Assembly (NCBI GenBank): GCA_036567345.1
Contig: DATCUQ010000020.1
Location: 48,742-112,741, forward strand
Direction of reading: 5' to 3'
Length of the DNA: 64,000 nt
From: Lutibacter sp.
GTDB lineage: Bacteria; Bacteroidota; Bacteroidia; Flavobacteriales; Flavobacteriaceae
Shown one piece after another: positions 46,704-55,705 of this stretch; position 1 is the stretch's first letter; each line of letters opens with the position of its first letter. The position numbers were made by a program, and so were the translations under genes. A model generated the notes under the pieces. It was not told where the DNA came from. It did no database searches and saw only the letters and a list, made by a program, of their open reading frames with translations.

Positions 46704-48305
46704 TTAATCTAGGTTAAACGGTTCATTCACATCCCAGTTCGCCCTTAATTCAATTAATTTGTCAAAATATTTTACAACTTCAGGTTGCCGTCTATTTAAA
46801 AAACTTCCCGTGTCCCAAACGCCGTTATTATTTTCATCAAAAGTGACCCTTAGGCCATAATTTCCGGGAGACAACATAGAAAATATCACTTTTTGGGGTT
46901 TGTCTATTCTCGCCAATCTTATTAAAACGTCTTTTTCATTTAACAATTCCACAATAAAAGCGATGTTTTTTTCACTGACCAAATCAACGTTAATGCTGCC
47001 ATAATCTTCAGGCGATTTTGTGGTTAATTTAAATGACAATGAATCGTTTGAAACGCCAAAAATATTTGTAATTGTTTTAGGCAATAACTCAAAATTGTAT
47101 TCTGTATTGTGTTTTTTCTCAAAATCCAGGGTTAATTTCGTTTTGGATTTTGACAAAGTTTCCTTAAAGTCAACAAATGTCGAGTCTTTTTCTGTTATTT
47201 TAATGAGTGACCTGTCAAAATTTATAATGGGTATATTGGTTGAAATTGAAAAAGTATCCAATAAATGCAGAATTCCTGTGGCACTTTTTATTACTGTTAA
47301 AGAATCGGATTTCGAAATTCGTGGTTTTACGGTGAATTTTTCAGAATAATTATTTTTTGAAACTAAAAAACTTAAAGAATCTGCTTCAAAAGGCGTGTAC
47401 CAGTAATTGAGGGTGTCCTTTTCTTTTTCAAAAACAATTTCCGATTTAAAATCGGCTGGTTTTTCCGATAAAAGTTCAATATTTAAATCCTTTGCGTCGC
47501 CTTCAAATCCAAAAATTAGATGTCCTTTATTAACTTCTTTCGGTCTAATGACTTTTAATTCAGGAACTTCTTTAAAAATGGTAAAATTATATTTTTTGTC
47601 GGTTGGCAAGGTTAAGGTGTCTTTTATAAATCCGATTTTATCAATTTCCGGATTGTAAATTTTATTGTTATTGGCGTCTTTTAGCGCAATAAGTAAATAT
47701 TTGCCGGCACGTAAATTGGTTAATTCAAACAAAGTGCTGTCCAAAGTATTTGCAATATATCGTGGTTTTTGTTTGTAAATAACAGAATCGGTATAGGAAG
47801 CGTTATATTCGTACAGCATCACATCGATTCCTTTCGTTATTTTTTTCACCAAAGGGTCAGTCACTTCTCCAGCTACATTTAGGGAGTCGATATAAGTTCC
47901 TGTTGAAAATACATATTTAAAGTTTCCCAATTTATTTTCTTCATTATTGTCAACAATGCTGTTTCCAAAATTAAAGGTGTAAGTGGTATTTGCATCTAAG
48001 GTATCTAGAATTTTTATGCTGATAAATTTACTGGCTGTTCCAACAGGGGTGATAATTGGATCAGTTTTTTGGGGCGGGGAAATCACCAAATTTTTATTGG
48101 CATCTTTTAGTTTGATATACTCATCAAAATATATTTTTATTCTGTCCGACTTAAAATTAATGGATTCAGCTTCAGGAATGGCTTTAATTAAAACCGGCGG
48201 AATGGTATCTTTTGGACCGCCGGTGGGCGTGCCTCTTCTGGCGCAGTCAAAAAATGCGCTTGCAATCATTAAAATCAATAAAAACTTTACTAAAGAATCC
48301 CTCAT
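46704..48305 (-). CDS. Ig-like domain lipoprotein
   Basis: Lipobox AFFDC. The family call rests on recollection of the N-terminal TPTGGPKDTIPP pattern conserved in flavobacteria. Confidence 0.6.
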   Translation of the reverse strand: MRDSLVKFLLILMIASAFFDCARRGTPTGGPKDTIPPVLIKAIPEAESINFKSDRIKIYFDEYIKLKDANKNLVISPPQKTDPIITPVGTASKFISIKILDTLDANTTYTFNFGNSIVDNNEENKLGNFKYVFSTGTYIDSLNVAGEVTDPLVKKITKGIDVMLYEYNASYTDSVIYKQKPRYIANTLDSTLFELTNLRAGKYLLIALKDANNNKIYNPEIDKIGFIKDTLTLPTDKKYNFTIFKEVPELKVIRPKEVNKGHLIFGFEGDAKDLNIELLSEKPADFKSEIVFEKEKDTLNYWYTPFEADSLSFLVSKNNYSEKFTVKPRISKSDSLTVIKSATGILHLLDTFSISTNIPIINFDRSLIKITEKDSTFVDFKETLSKSKTKLTLDFEKKHNTEYNFELLPKTITNIFGVSNDSLSFKLTTKSPEDYGSINVDLVSEKNIAFIVELLNEKDVLIRLARIDKPQKVIFSMLSPGNYGLRVTFDENNNGVWDTGSFLNRRQPEVVKYFDKLIELRANWDVNEPFNLD

Positions 48306-48387
48306 ACTATTTTATTAAAAATACAAAATAACAATTATTTTATCAAAAAAACGCATTAAAATAAGCAGTCGTTCAATATTAACTATT

Positions 48388-49074
48388 TTATTTTGTGTAA
48401 GCCATGCAAGCGATGCTAATTTTTAAGTTTTTTGTATGGCTAAGCGCATCATAACAAGCTTCAAGGGTGGCTCCGGTTGTAATCACATCGTCTATTAATA
48501 AGATATGTTTGTTTTCTAGCGTAGAATTATTTTGGACATGAAATAATTCCTGCACATTTTTCCAGCGTTCCAGACGTAATTTTTTGGTTTGCGTTTTTGT
48601 GGAAGAAATCCTGGTTAAAATAGTTGAATAGTAGGGAATAGCCAGTTTTTTGGCCAAACTTTCGCCAAAAGTGGTTACTTGATTGTAACCGCGTTTTTTA
48701 AGTTTTTTTGGATGAAGCGGTACAGGTATGATGCAATCTATGGTTGAAAACCGATTGCTTTCAACAAGTTGTTCGCCAAGCCAATCACCAATAAAAGTCC
48801 CAACTTGCTGTTGTTTGTTGTATTTAAGTTCATGAATTAATCGTTGTACATTTCCTTTTTTGAAGAAGTAAAACAAGGAAGTGGCGTTTTCAAGAGGAAT
48901 TCTTCCGTAAAATGATTTTTCAATTAAATTATTTTCTTCAAAACTGAAATTGGTCAGTGGCAAATCATGCCGGCAGGTTAAACAAATTACAAATTCGTTG
49001 GTTGCCAAATATTCATTGCAGCATAAACATACTTCAGGAAAAAAAATAGCAAAAATGTCTTTCAAAATTTTCAT
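48388..49074 (-). CDS. comF: ComF family phosphoribosyltransferase-domain protein
   Basis: N-terminal CxxC...CxxC zinc finger and the C-terminal LLIDDVITTGAT PRT motif. Confidence 0.8.
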   Translation of the reverse strand: MKILKDIFAIFFPEVCLCCNEYLATNEFVICLTCRHDLPLTNFSFEENNLIEKSFYGRIPLENATSLFYFFKKGNVQRLIHELKYNKQQQVGTFIGDWLGEQLVESNRFSTIDCIIPVPLHPKKLKKRGYNQVTTFGESLAKKLAIPYYSTILTRISSTKTQTKKLRLERWKNVQELFHVQNNSTLENKHILLIDDVITTGATLEACYDALSHTKNLKISIACMAYTK

Positions 49075-49219
49075 TGCGGTTCTTTTTTTAAATATACATT
49101 TTTAATTTAAATAAATTTAGGGTGAAAAAAAGTCGAAAAATCGAGTGTTTTCGTGGAATTTTAAGATGTCATAATCACTAATGCATTCAAAAAAAGTGAT
49201 TTACGCATAATTTATTATG

Positions 49220-49227
49220 TAATTTTG
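49220..49227 (+). promoter_or_regulatory. Bacteroidetes -7 box (TAATTTTG)
   Basis: 31 nt before the ATG at 49259. Confidence 0.45.
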
Positions 49228-49258
49228 CGTTTTATAAGTACAATTTAATAATTAAAAG

Positions 49259-50143
49259 ATGGAAGAAAATAAAAAATCAAATACCAAGCTGATAATCATA
49301 GCATTAGCAGTTTTATTATTGGGCGCATTGATATATGCTATTTATATCAACAGAGAACATAAAAAGTTAACCAATGATTATGAAGTTGAAAAACTTGAAA
49401 TTGAGCAAAATTTAGACAGCATGATCGTTAGATATGAAGATGCTATTGCCGAAAAAACATCAATGTCTGGTGAATTGATACTTGAAAGAGACAGAATCAT
49501 TGCTTTAAGAGATTCAATTAAAGATTTGAAAGTTGTAAATTACAGTATGTTGCGCCGTTATAAAGGTGAAATTTCTAAATTGGAGGAATCAAATAAAAAA
49601 TTATTTTTATTGAATGAATCCTTAGCAAGTTCAAATCAATTGTTAACAACCAATTTAGACAGTGCCAATGTTAAAATTACGAAGCAAATTGCTAAAAACG
49701 ATACGTTAACATACCAAAATAAAACGTTGGCCCAAAAAGTTGCCATTGGATCTGAACTAAAAGTCGGCACCGCAAAAGTGATGGCGATGAAGGAGCGCAG
49801 TAACGGGAAATTGGTAGAAACTACTAGAGCAAATAATACAGATGCCCTTAGAATTAACCTTACCATCATTAAAAATGAAATCGCCGAACCGGGCGATCGC
49901 CAGGTTTATATCCAAATAGTGGATGCCAAAGGAATAACTGTTGCGCCAAAAGGCCAGTTTTTGCTTTACGACAATACCCAGGTAAGTTATAGCGATCTTT
50001 CAATTGTAAATTATTTGAATGATGCCATAGATCTAATTTCATTGGTTGAAGTGAATAGAGATGTCATGAAAACCGGACTTTATACCGTAAATATTTATAT
50101 CGACAATAAATTTGTTGGAGCAACTAAAATTGCATTGAAGTAA
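49259..50143 (+). CDS. membrane-anchored coiled-coil hypothetical protein
   Basis: N-terminal TM helix (LIIIALAVLLLGALIYAIYI), heptad-rich middle region, and a beta-rich C-terminus. Confidence 0.65.
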   Translation: MEENKKSNTKLIIIALAVLLLGALIYAIYINREHKKLTNDYEVEKLEIEQNLDSMIVRYEDAIAEKTSMSGELILERDRIIALRDSIKDLKVVNYSMLRRYKGEISKLEESNKKLFLLNESLASSNQLLTTNLDSANVKITKQIAKNDTLTYQNKTLAQKVAIGSELKVGTAKVMAMKERSNGKLVETTRANNTDALRINLTIIKNEIAEPGDRQVYIQIVDAKGITVAPKGQFLLYDNTQVSYSDLSIVNYLNDAIDLISLVEVNRDVMKTGLYTVNIYIDNKFVGATKIALK

Positions 50144-50181
50144 AAATGTAAACCAAATCAAGATTATTTAATATTTAATGG

Positions 50182-50216
50182 GTGGAAATAGTTTAGGCTA
50201 TTTCCACTTTTTTATT
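50182..50216 (+). terminator. intrinsic terminator
   Basis: GTGGAAATAG...CTATTTCCAC followed by TTTTTTATTTTTT. Confidence 0.75.
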
Positions 50217-50237
50217 TTTTAGTGTTAAAAGCTTTAC

Positions 50238-50245
50238 TATTTTTG
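50238..50245 (+). promoter_or_regulatory. Bacteroidetes -7 box (TATTTTTG), only 4 nt before the glyQS ATG
   Basis: Matches TAnnTTTG. Confidence 0.35.
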
Positions 50246-50249
50246 CAGC

Positions 50250-51791
50250 ATGGCAAATCAAGATGATCAATTTAAAAAAGTAGTTTCACATGCAAAGGAA
50301 TACGGTTTTGTATTTCAATCCAGTGAAATTTATGATGGTTTGAGCGCAGTTTACGATTATGCTCAAAACGGCGTAGAATTAAAGAAAAATATCAGGGAAT
50401 ATTGGTGGAAAGCCATGGTGCAAATGAATGAAAATATTGTTGGTTTGGATGCAGCAATTTTTATGCACCCAACCACTTGGAAAGCTTCCGGCCATGTCGA
50501 TGCTTTTAACGACCCTTTAATTGACAATAAAGATTCCAAAAAAAGATACAGAGCCGATGTTTTAATTGAAGATTACGTGGCTAGATTGGATGATAAAATT
50601 GAAAAGGAGGTTGAAAAAGCGGCAAAACGTTTTGGGGACACTTTTGATAAAGACCAATTTTTGGCAACCAATGAAAGAGTATTGGGCTATAAAGAAAAAG
50701 GCGAAACCATTTTAAAACGAATGGGAAAATCTTTGGCCGAAGAAAATTTGGCCGATGTAAAAGCCCTAATCGAAGAATTGGAGATTGTTTGTCCGTTGTC
50801 AGGTTCAAAAAACTGGACAGAAGTGAAACAGTTCAACTTAATGTTTGGCACCAAAATAGGCGCTTCTGCTGATGCTTCCATGGATTTATATTTACGTCCT
50901 GAAACTGCCCAGGGAATTTTTGTGAATTTCTCGAATGTGCAAAAATCTGGACGAATGAAAATTCCTTTCGGAATTGCCCAAACAGGAAAAGCCTTCAGAA
51001 ATGAAATAGTGGCGCGGCAGTTTATTTTCCGTATGAGAGAATTTGAACAAATGGAAATGCAATTTTTTGTGCGTCCGGGAACCCAAAAAGAATGGTATGA
51101 AGCATGGAAACAAGCCCGTTTAAAATGGCATTTATCTTTGGGATTGGGCAAGGAAAATTACCGTTTTCATGACCACGATAAATTAGCGCATTATGCAGAT
51201 GCCGCTTCAGACATTGAATTTAAATTTCCTTTCGGGTTTAAAGAATTGGAAGGAATTCATTCGCGAACCGATTTTGATTTATCGAGTCACGAAAAATTTT
51301 CGGGCAAAAAATTACAGTATTTTGATCCTGAATTAAATGAACATTACATTCCTTACGTAGTGGAAACTTCCGTTGGATTAGACCGATTGTTTTTGGCAGT
51401 TTTCTCACATTCTTTACAAGAAGAAGATTTGGAAAACGGCACCACGCGAACCGTATTAAGGCTGCCGGCATTGTTGGCGCCAACAAAAGCGGCTATTTTA
51501 CCTTTGGTTAAAAAAGATGGTTTGCCTGAAATAGCCCGTAAAATTATGGACGATTTAAAATGGGATTTTAGCGTGGATTATGATGAAAAAGATGCGGTGG
51601 GCCGAAGATACAGAAGGCAAGATGCCGTTGGTACGCCATTTTGCATTACCGTTGACCATGAAACCCTGGAAAATGACACTGTAACCATTCGTTACAGAGA
51701 TACCATGGCGCAAAATCGCGTGAAAATCTCGGAACTTCACGACATCATTAAAGAAGAAGTTGATGTTAAAAAATGGTTGATGAAAATGTAA
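50250..51791 (+). CDS. glyQS: glycine--tRNA ligase (homodimeric type)
   Basis: VVSHAKEYGFVFQSSEIYDGL N-terminus and class II motifs. 513 aa. Confidence 0.93.
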   Translation: MANQDDQFKKVVSHAKEYGFVFQSSEIYDGLSAVYDYAQNGVELKKNIREYWWKAMVQMNENIVGLDAAIFMHPTTWKASGHVDAFNDPLIDNKDSKKRYRADVLIEDYVARLDDKIEKEVEKAAKRFGDTFDKDQFLATNERVLGYKEKGETILKRMGKSLAEENLADVKALIEELEIVCPLSGSKNWTEVKQFNLMFGTKIGASADASMDLYLRPETAQGIFVNFSNVQKSGRMKIPFGIAQTGKAFRNEIVARQFIFRMREFEQMEMQFFVRPGTQKEWYEAWKQARLKWHLSLGLGKENYRFHDHDKLAHYADAASDIEFKFPFGFKELEGIHSRTDFDLSSHEKFSGKKLQYFDPELNEHYIPYVVETSVGLDRLFLAVFSHSLQEEDLENGTTRTVLRLPALLAPTKAAILPLVKKDGLPEIARKIMDDLKWDFSVDYDEKDAVGRRYRRQDAVGTPFCITVDHETLENDTVTIRYRDTMAQNRVKISELHDIIKEEVDVKKWLMKM

Positions 51792-51814
51792 ACTGAAAAA
51801 ATAACAGACATAAC

Positions 51815-51856
51815 AAAAAACTCCATAGCTGTTTCAACTACGGAGTTTTTTGTTTT
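51815..51856. terminator. bidirectional intrinsic terminator between glyQS and ogt
   Basis: AAAAAACTCCATAG...CTACGGAGTTTTTTG. Confidence 0.7.
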
Positions 51857-52339
51857 TTAAAATAATGATTTTTGTGTTGAAGGGTTTTCGTGTTCCAACA
51901 ACCATTTTTTGCGCCAAATTCCTCCGGCATAACCTGTTAGCGAACCGTCGCTTCCAATAATTCTGTGGCAGGGAATGACAATCCAAATGGGATTTTTGCC
52001 ATTTGCGGAAGCCACCGCCCTTATGGCTTTTACATCGCCCAATTGTTTTGACTGCTGCAAATAAGTGAGGGTTTTTCCATAAGGAACCAACAACAATTTC
52101 TTCCAAACACGCTTTTGAAAATCGGTTCCTTGCGGATTCAGCTTTAAATTGAATTGTTTTCTCGTACCGTTAAAATATTCATCCAATTGTTGCACGCAAT
52201 CCTGTAAAATTTCAGGAATTTCTGCTGAAATTTCTATTGCGCCATCAATTACGGTTACAGCAATAATACCATTTTCATCACCCACAATTTTTGCGGTTCC
52301 AATGGGTGTTTTATAATATGTGGTTACACTATTTCCCAA
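51857..52339 (-). CDS. ogt: methylated-DNA--protein-cysteine methyltransferase
   Basis: Canonical IPCHRIIGSDGSLTGYAGG active site. Confidence 0.88.
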   Translation of the reverse strand: MGNSVTTYYKTPIGTAKIVGDENGIIAVTVIDGAIEISAEIPEILQDCVQQLDEYFNGTRKQFNLKLNPQGTDFQKRVWKKLLLVPYGKTLTYLQQSKQLGDVKAIRAVASANGKNPIWIVIPCHRIIGSDGSLTGYAGGIWRKKWLLEHENPSTQKSLF

Positions 52340-53096
52340 AGATTTTTTTTGAGTTTTGAGTGGTTATTTCTGCAATTTCTGTTGAAGTCAGGTTATAAAT
52401 TTCAGACAATTTATCCAATACTTTTGTAATATAACCGCTTTCGTTTCTTTTTCCGCGGAAAGGTGCCGGCGCCAAATAAGGCGAATCGGTTTCCAATACA
52501 ATATTTTCTAAAGGAATTTCATGTAAAAACTGGTCTATTTTTCCGTTTTTAAAGGTGACTACGCCGCCAATTCCCAATTTCATATTGTAGGAAATGGCTT
52601 TTTTTGCTTGTTCTAAATTTCCGCTAAAACAATGAAAAATGCCAAAAAGCTGGTCATCATTTACTTCTTCCAGAACTTCAAAAATTTCATCAAAAGCATC
52701 TCTGCAATGAATGATGATAGGAAGATTTTTTTCTTTGGCCCAGGCAATTTGGGTTTTAAAAGCAATTTGTTGCTGTTTCAGCGATGTTTTATCCCAATAC
52801 AAATCGATGCCAATTTCGCCAACGGCATAAAAATTTCGTTTATCCAACCAATGTTTTACAAAAGCCAATTCTTCTTCAAAATTTTCTTTCACATGCGTTG
52901 GATGCAAACCCATCATTAAAAAGATATTTTCGGGAAATGATTTTTCCAAATCCAACATGGCATTTAAATAAGTTGAATCAATGGCGGGAACAAAAAATCG
53001 GGAAACACCGGCATCTAAAGCACGCTGAATCATCTCAGTTCTGTCAGCTTCAAATTGTTCACTGTATAAATGTGTGTGCGTATCGGTAATTATCAT
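52329..53096 (-). CDS. TatD family metal-dependent hydrolase
   Basis: ITDTHTHLY N-terminal motif. 255 aa. Confidence 0.88.
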   Translation of the reverse strand: MIITDTHTHLYSEQFEADRTEMIQRALDAGVSRFFVPAIDSTYLNAMLDLEKSFPENIFLMMGLHPTHVKENFEEELAFVKHWLDKRNFYAVGEIGIDLYWDKTSLKQQQIAFKTQIAWAKEKNLPIIIHCRDAFDEIFEVLEEVNDDQLFGIFHCFSGNLEQAKKAISYNMKLGIGGVVTFKNGKIDQFLHEIPLENIVLETDSPYLAPAPFRGKRNESGYITKVLDKLSEIYNLTSTEIAEITTQNSKKIFGK

Positions 53097-53194
53097 AGGA
53101 CAAAAGTAAACAAAGTTTGAAAGATGAAAAATTTAGTTTTGTAAATGGTTGTCAATTTTGGCAGATGAGTCTTCATTAATTTTAAGCTGCGTTA

Positions 53195-53319
53195 GTGTTT
53201 GAAGCGGAAATCCCGGCTTTGCGAGCTTTTGTGACAAGAAGTTCAACAGATTGCTGCGCTCGCCAAGACGGATTGCAGCGCAAAGCACGCCCGCCTTTTC
53301 GGCGGGAACGCCCAAATTT
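53195..53319. repeat. ~125-bp GC-rich dispersed element, second copy of the family at 37481-37589
   Basis: TTGAAGCGGAAATCC ... GATTGCAGCGCAAAGCACGCCCGCCTTTTCGGCGGGAACGCCCAAATTT. Confidence 0.55.
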
Positions 53320-53531
53320 TCTTTAACAATTTTCTTTTATTTTTTGAGCTTATTTTTTAATGGCAAAACATTGTATCGAAGCGAAAAAAGTTGTAACTTT
53401 AATGTGATAAATACCTTGCAAGATATTGCTGCCTTAAAAATTTCTTGTGTATTAATTTCTTGCATTATAAGTTACGCTGTTTAAAAACAGTTTTATTTAA
53501 TTGTTCTTGTTTCACTTATAACAAGGTTCTC

Positions 53532-54263
53532 ATGCAAGTAAAAAAATATCCAAACGCAATTCTTGAAAATTACAGTAGAATGTTAATTCAATTAGGTTTT
53601 GTACTGTCATTATTTCTCGTTTATGAATTTTTAACAATGAAATCTTATCCCCGACAAGTTAAAGAGGTGAGCGGCGTAGCCATAAATATTGATGATATTG
53701 ACAAACTCATTGAAGTTAAGCCGTTAGAGATGGAAGCGAAGCCTGAAACCAAGGTGGCACTTCCTGAAAAAATTTTAAAAGTGGAGGATGATGTAGATAT
53801 CAAAGAGACGGTTATAGAATCTACCGAAACCAATGAATTTGATGCGGTTTCCGTTAATGTGGAAAAAGAATTTGTTGCAGTTGTGGAAGAGGAAGAAGTA
53901 GTGGAGGATGTTGCGTTTGTAGTGATTGAAAATGTTCCGATTTATCCGGGATGTAAAGGGGACAATACGGAATTGAGGGCTTGTTTTTCAGATCAAATTA
54001 CGAAATTTGTGGCAGAACATTTTGATATTGAATTGGCTGCCGATTTAGGTTTGGTGCCGGGAAGTATCCAAAAAATATTTGTGGTATTTAAAATTGATAA
54101 AAATGGCGATATTACAGATATAAATGCAAGAGCTCCCCATAAAAAATTGCAGGATGAAGCAATAAGAGTCATTAATTTACTGCCAAAAATGACCCCGGGA
54201 AGGCAACGCGGCAAGCCTGTTGGCGTAAAATACGGATTGCCAATTGTTTTTAAGGTTGAATAA
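53532..54263 (+). CDS. energy transducer TonB-like protein
   Basis: N-terminal TM helix, acidic linker, and the C-terminal TonB_C-like IYPGCKG...GKPVGVKYGLPIVF. The ATG at 53532 is preferred. Confidence 0.7.
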   Translation: MQVKKYPNAILENYSRMLIQLGFVLSLFLVYEFLTMKSYPRQVKEVSGVAINIDDIDKLIEVKPLEMEAKPETKVALPEKILKVEDDVDIKETVIESTETNEFDAVSVNVEKEFVAVVEEEEVVEDVAFVVIENVPIYPGCKGDNTELRACFSDQITKFVAEHFDIELAADLGLVPGSIQKIFVVFKIDKNGDITDINARAPHKKLQDEAIRVINLLPKMTPGRQRGKPVGVKYGLPIVFKVE

Positions 54264-54278
54264 AATAAGTAAGATTAT

Positions 54279-54307
54279 AAAAAATCCCGCAATTGCGGGA
54301 TTTTTTG
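54279..54307 (+). terminator. intrinsic terminator
   Basis: AAAATCCCGCAATTGCGGGATTTTTTG. Confidence 0.8.
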
Positions 54308-54375
54308 TAACTAATGGTTATTAATAGGAGAGAGTTGTTAAGTAAATTAGTATTTTCGTAAAATAATATACAACA

Positions 54376-55119
54376 ATGAACATCAACCAATATTTAGATT
54401 CAACCTATTTAAAAACAGCCGAACAAGCCGGTATTTCTGAAACTGAAACAGAAAATAAAGTAAAAGAACTGGTGAAAGAGGCCATCGAAAACAATTTTAA
54501 GCTGGCAATGATTCGTCCGAAATTCGTTGCGATGGCGCGTAAAATGGTAAATGAAGCAAAATCGGAAACATTAATAGGAACCGTTATTGGGTTTCATGAA
54601 GGAACAAATGACATAGCGAAAAAGTTAGCGGAAGCGCAACAAGCAATTGATGATGGTGCTGATGAATTGGATTATGTGGTAAATTATGGGGCTTTTAAGG
54701 AAGGGAAAATCAATTTGGTGAAGTCGGAAGTTTTTAAAGGAACAAAATTGGGCTTGGACAATGACAAGGCGGTAAAATGGATTATAGAAATTGCGGCACT
54801 TGCCAATGATGAAATTATAGGTTTGTCGCAATCGATTCGCGATGTGGTGCTTGATAATTTTGGCGAAGAAAATGCACAAAACGTTTTTGTGAAATCATCT
54901 ACAGGATTTTTTAAAACCGAAGAAGGCAAACCCAACGGCGCCACTTTTGAAGCGATGGAACTGATTGTTGAAAATTCAAAACCCCTGCAGGCAAAGGCTG
55001 CCGGAGGTGTAAGAAATTATGATGATGCCGTAAAAATGGTAAAAATGGGCGTTACAAGAATAGGAACATCAGCTGCAAAATTAATTGCAGATGGCGGAAA
55101 ATCAAATGAAGCATATTAA
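54376..55119 (+). CDS. deoC: deoxyribose-phosphate aldolase family protein
   Basis: FVKSSTGF Schiff-base lysine region and AAGGVR. Confidence 0.8.
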   Translation: MNINQYLDSTYLKTAEQAGISETETENKVKELVKEAIENNFKLAMIRPKFVAMARKMVNEAKSETLIGTVIGFHEGTNDIAKKLAEAQQAIDDGADELDYVVNYGAFKEGKINLVKSEVFKGTKLGLDNDKAVKWIIEIAALANDEIIGLSQSIRDVVLDNFGEENAQNVFVKSSTGFFKTEEGKPNGATFEAMELIVENSKPLQAKAAGGVRNYDDAVKMVKMGVTRIGTSAAKLIADGGKSNEAY

Positions 55120-55699
55120 AATGGAAGATTATTTCGCACATGAAACGGCTGTTATAGATGAGGGCTGTGAAATTGGAAAAGGCACCAAAATATGGCATTT
55201 CAGCCATATTATGCCCAATTCTAAAATTGGCGAAAACTGTAATATTGGCCAAAATGTAGTTGTTTCACCTCGCGTGGTTTTAGGCAAAAACGTAAAAGTC
55301 CAAAACAATGTTTCCATTTATTCGGGCGTTATTTGTGAAGATGATGTTTTTTTGGGTCCGAGTATGGTATTTACCAATGTCATAAATCCGAGAAGTGCCA
55401 TCATTCGAAAAGATGAATATCAGGAAACTTTGGTAAAAAAAGGAGCAAGCATTGGCGCAAATGCCACCATTATTTGCGGTAATGAAATTGGCGAATATGC
55501 CTTAATTGGTGCCGGCGCCGTGGTTACAAAACCGGTGTTGCCCTACGCCTTGGTTGTTGGGAATCCTTCAAAACAAATTGGCTGGATCAGTGAATACGGA
55601 CATCGTTTAAATTTTGATGAAAACGGATTCGCAACTTGTGTTGAAAGCGGCGAGAAGTACCAATTAAAAAATAATAAAGTTCAAAAAATCTCGAAATAA
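55106..55699 (+). CDS. hexapeptide-repeat N-acetyltransferase (WbpD/WlbB-like)
   Basis: Left-handed beta-helix repeats (IGKGTKIWHFSHI, IGENCNIGQNV, ...). The start is uncertain: ATG at 55106 or 55121, with the track TTG at 55085. Confidence 0.78.
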   Translation: MKHIKMEDYFAHETAVIDEGCEIGKGTKIWHFSHIMPNSKIGENCNIGQNVVVSPRVVLGKNVKVQNNVSIYSGVICEDDVFLGPSMVFTNVINPRSAIIRKDEYQETLVKKGASIGANATIICGNEIGEYALIGAGAVVTKPVLPYALVVGNPSKQIGWISEYGHRLNFDENGFATCVESGEKYQLKNNKVQKISK

Positions 55700-55705
55700 T
55701 TTATA

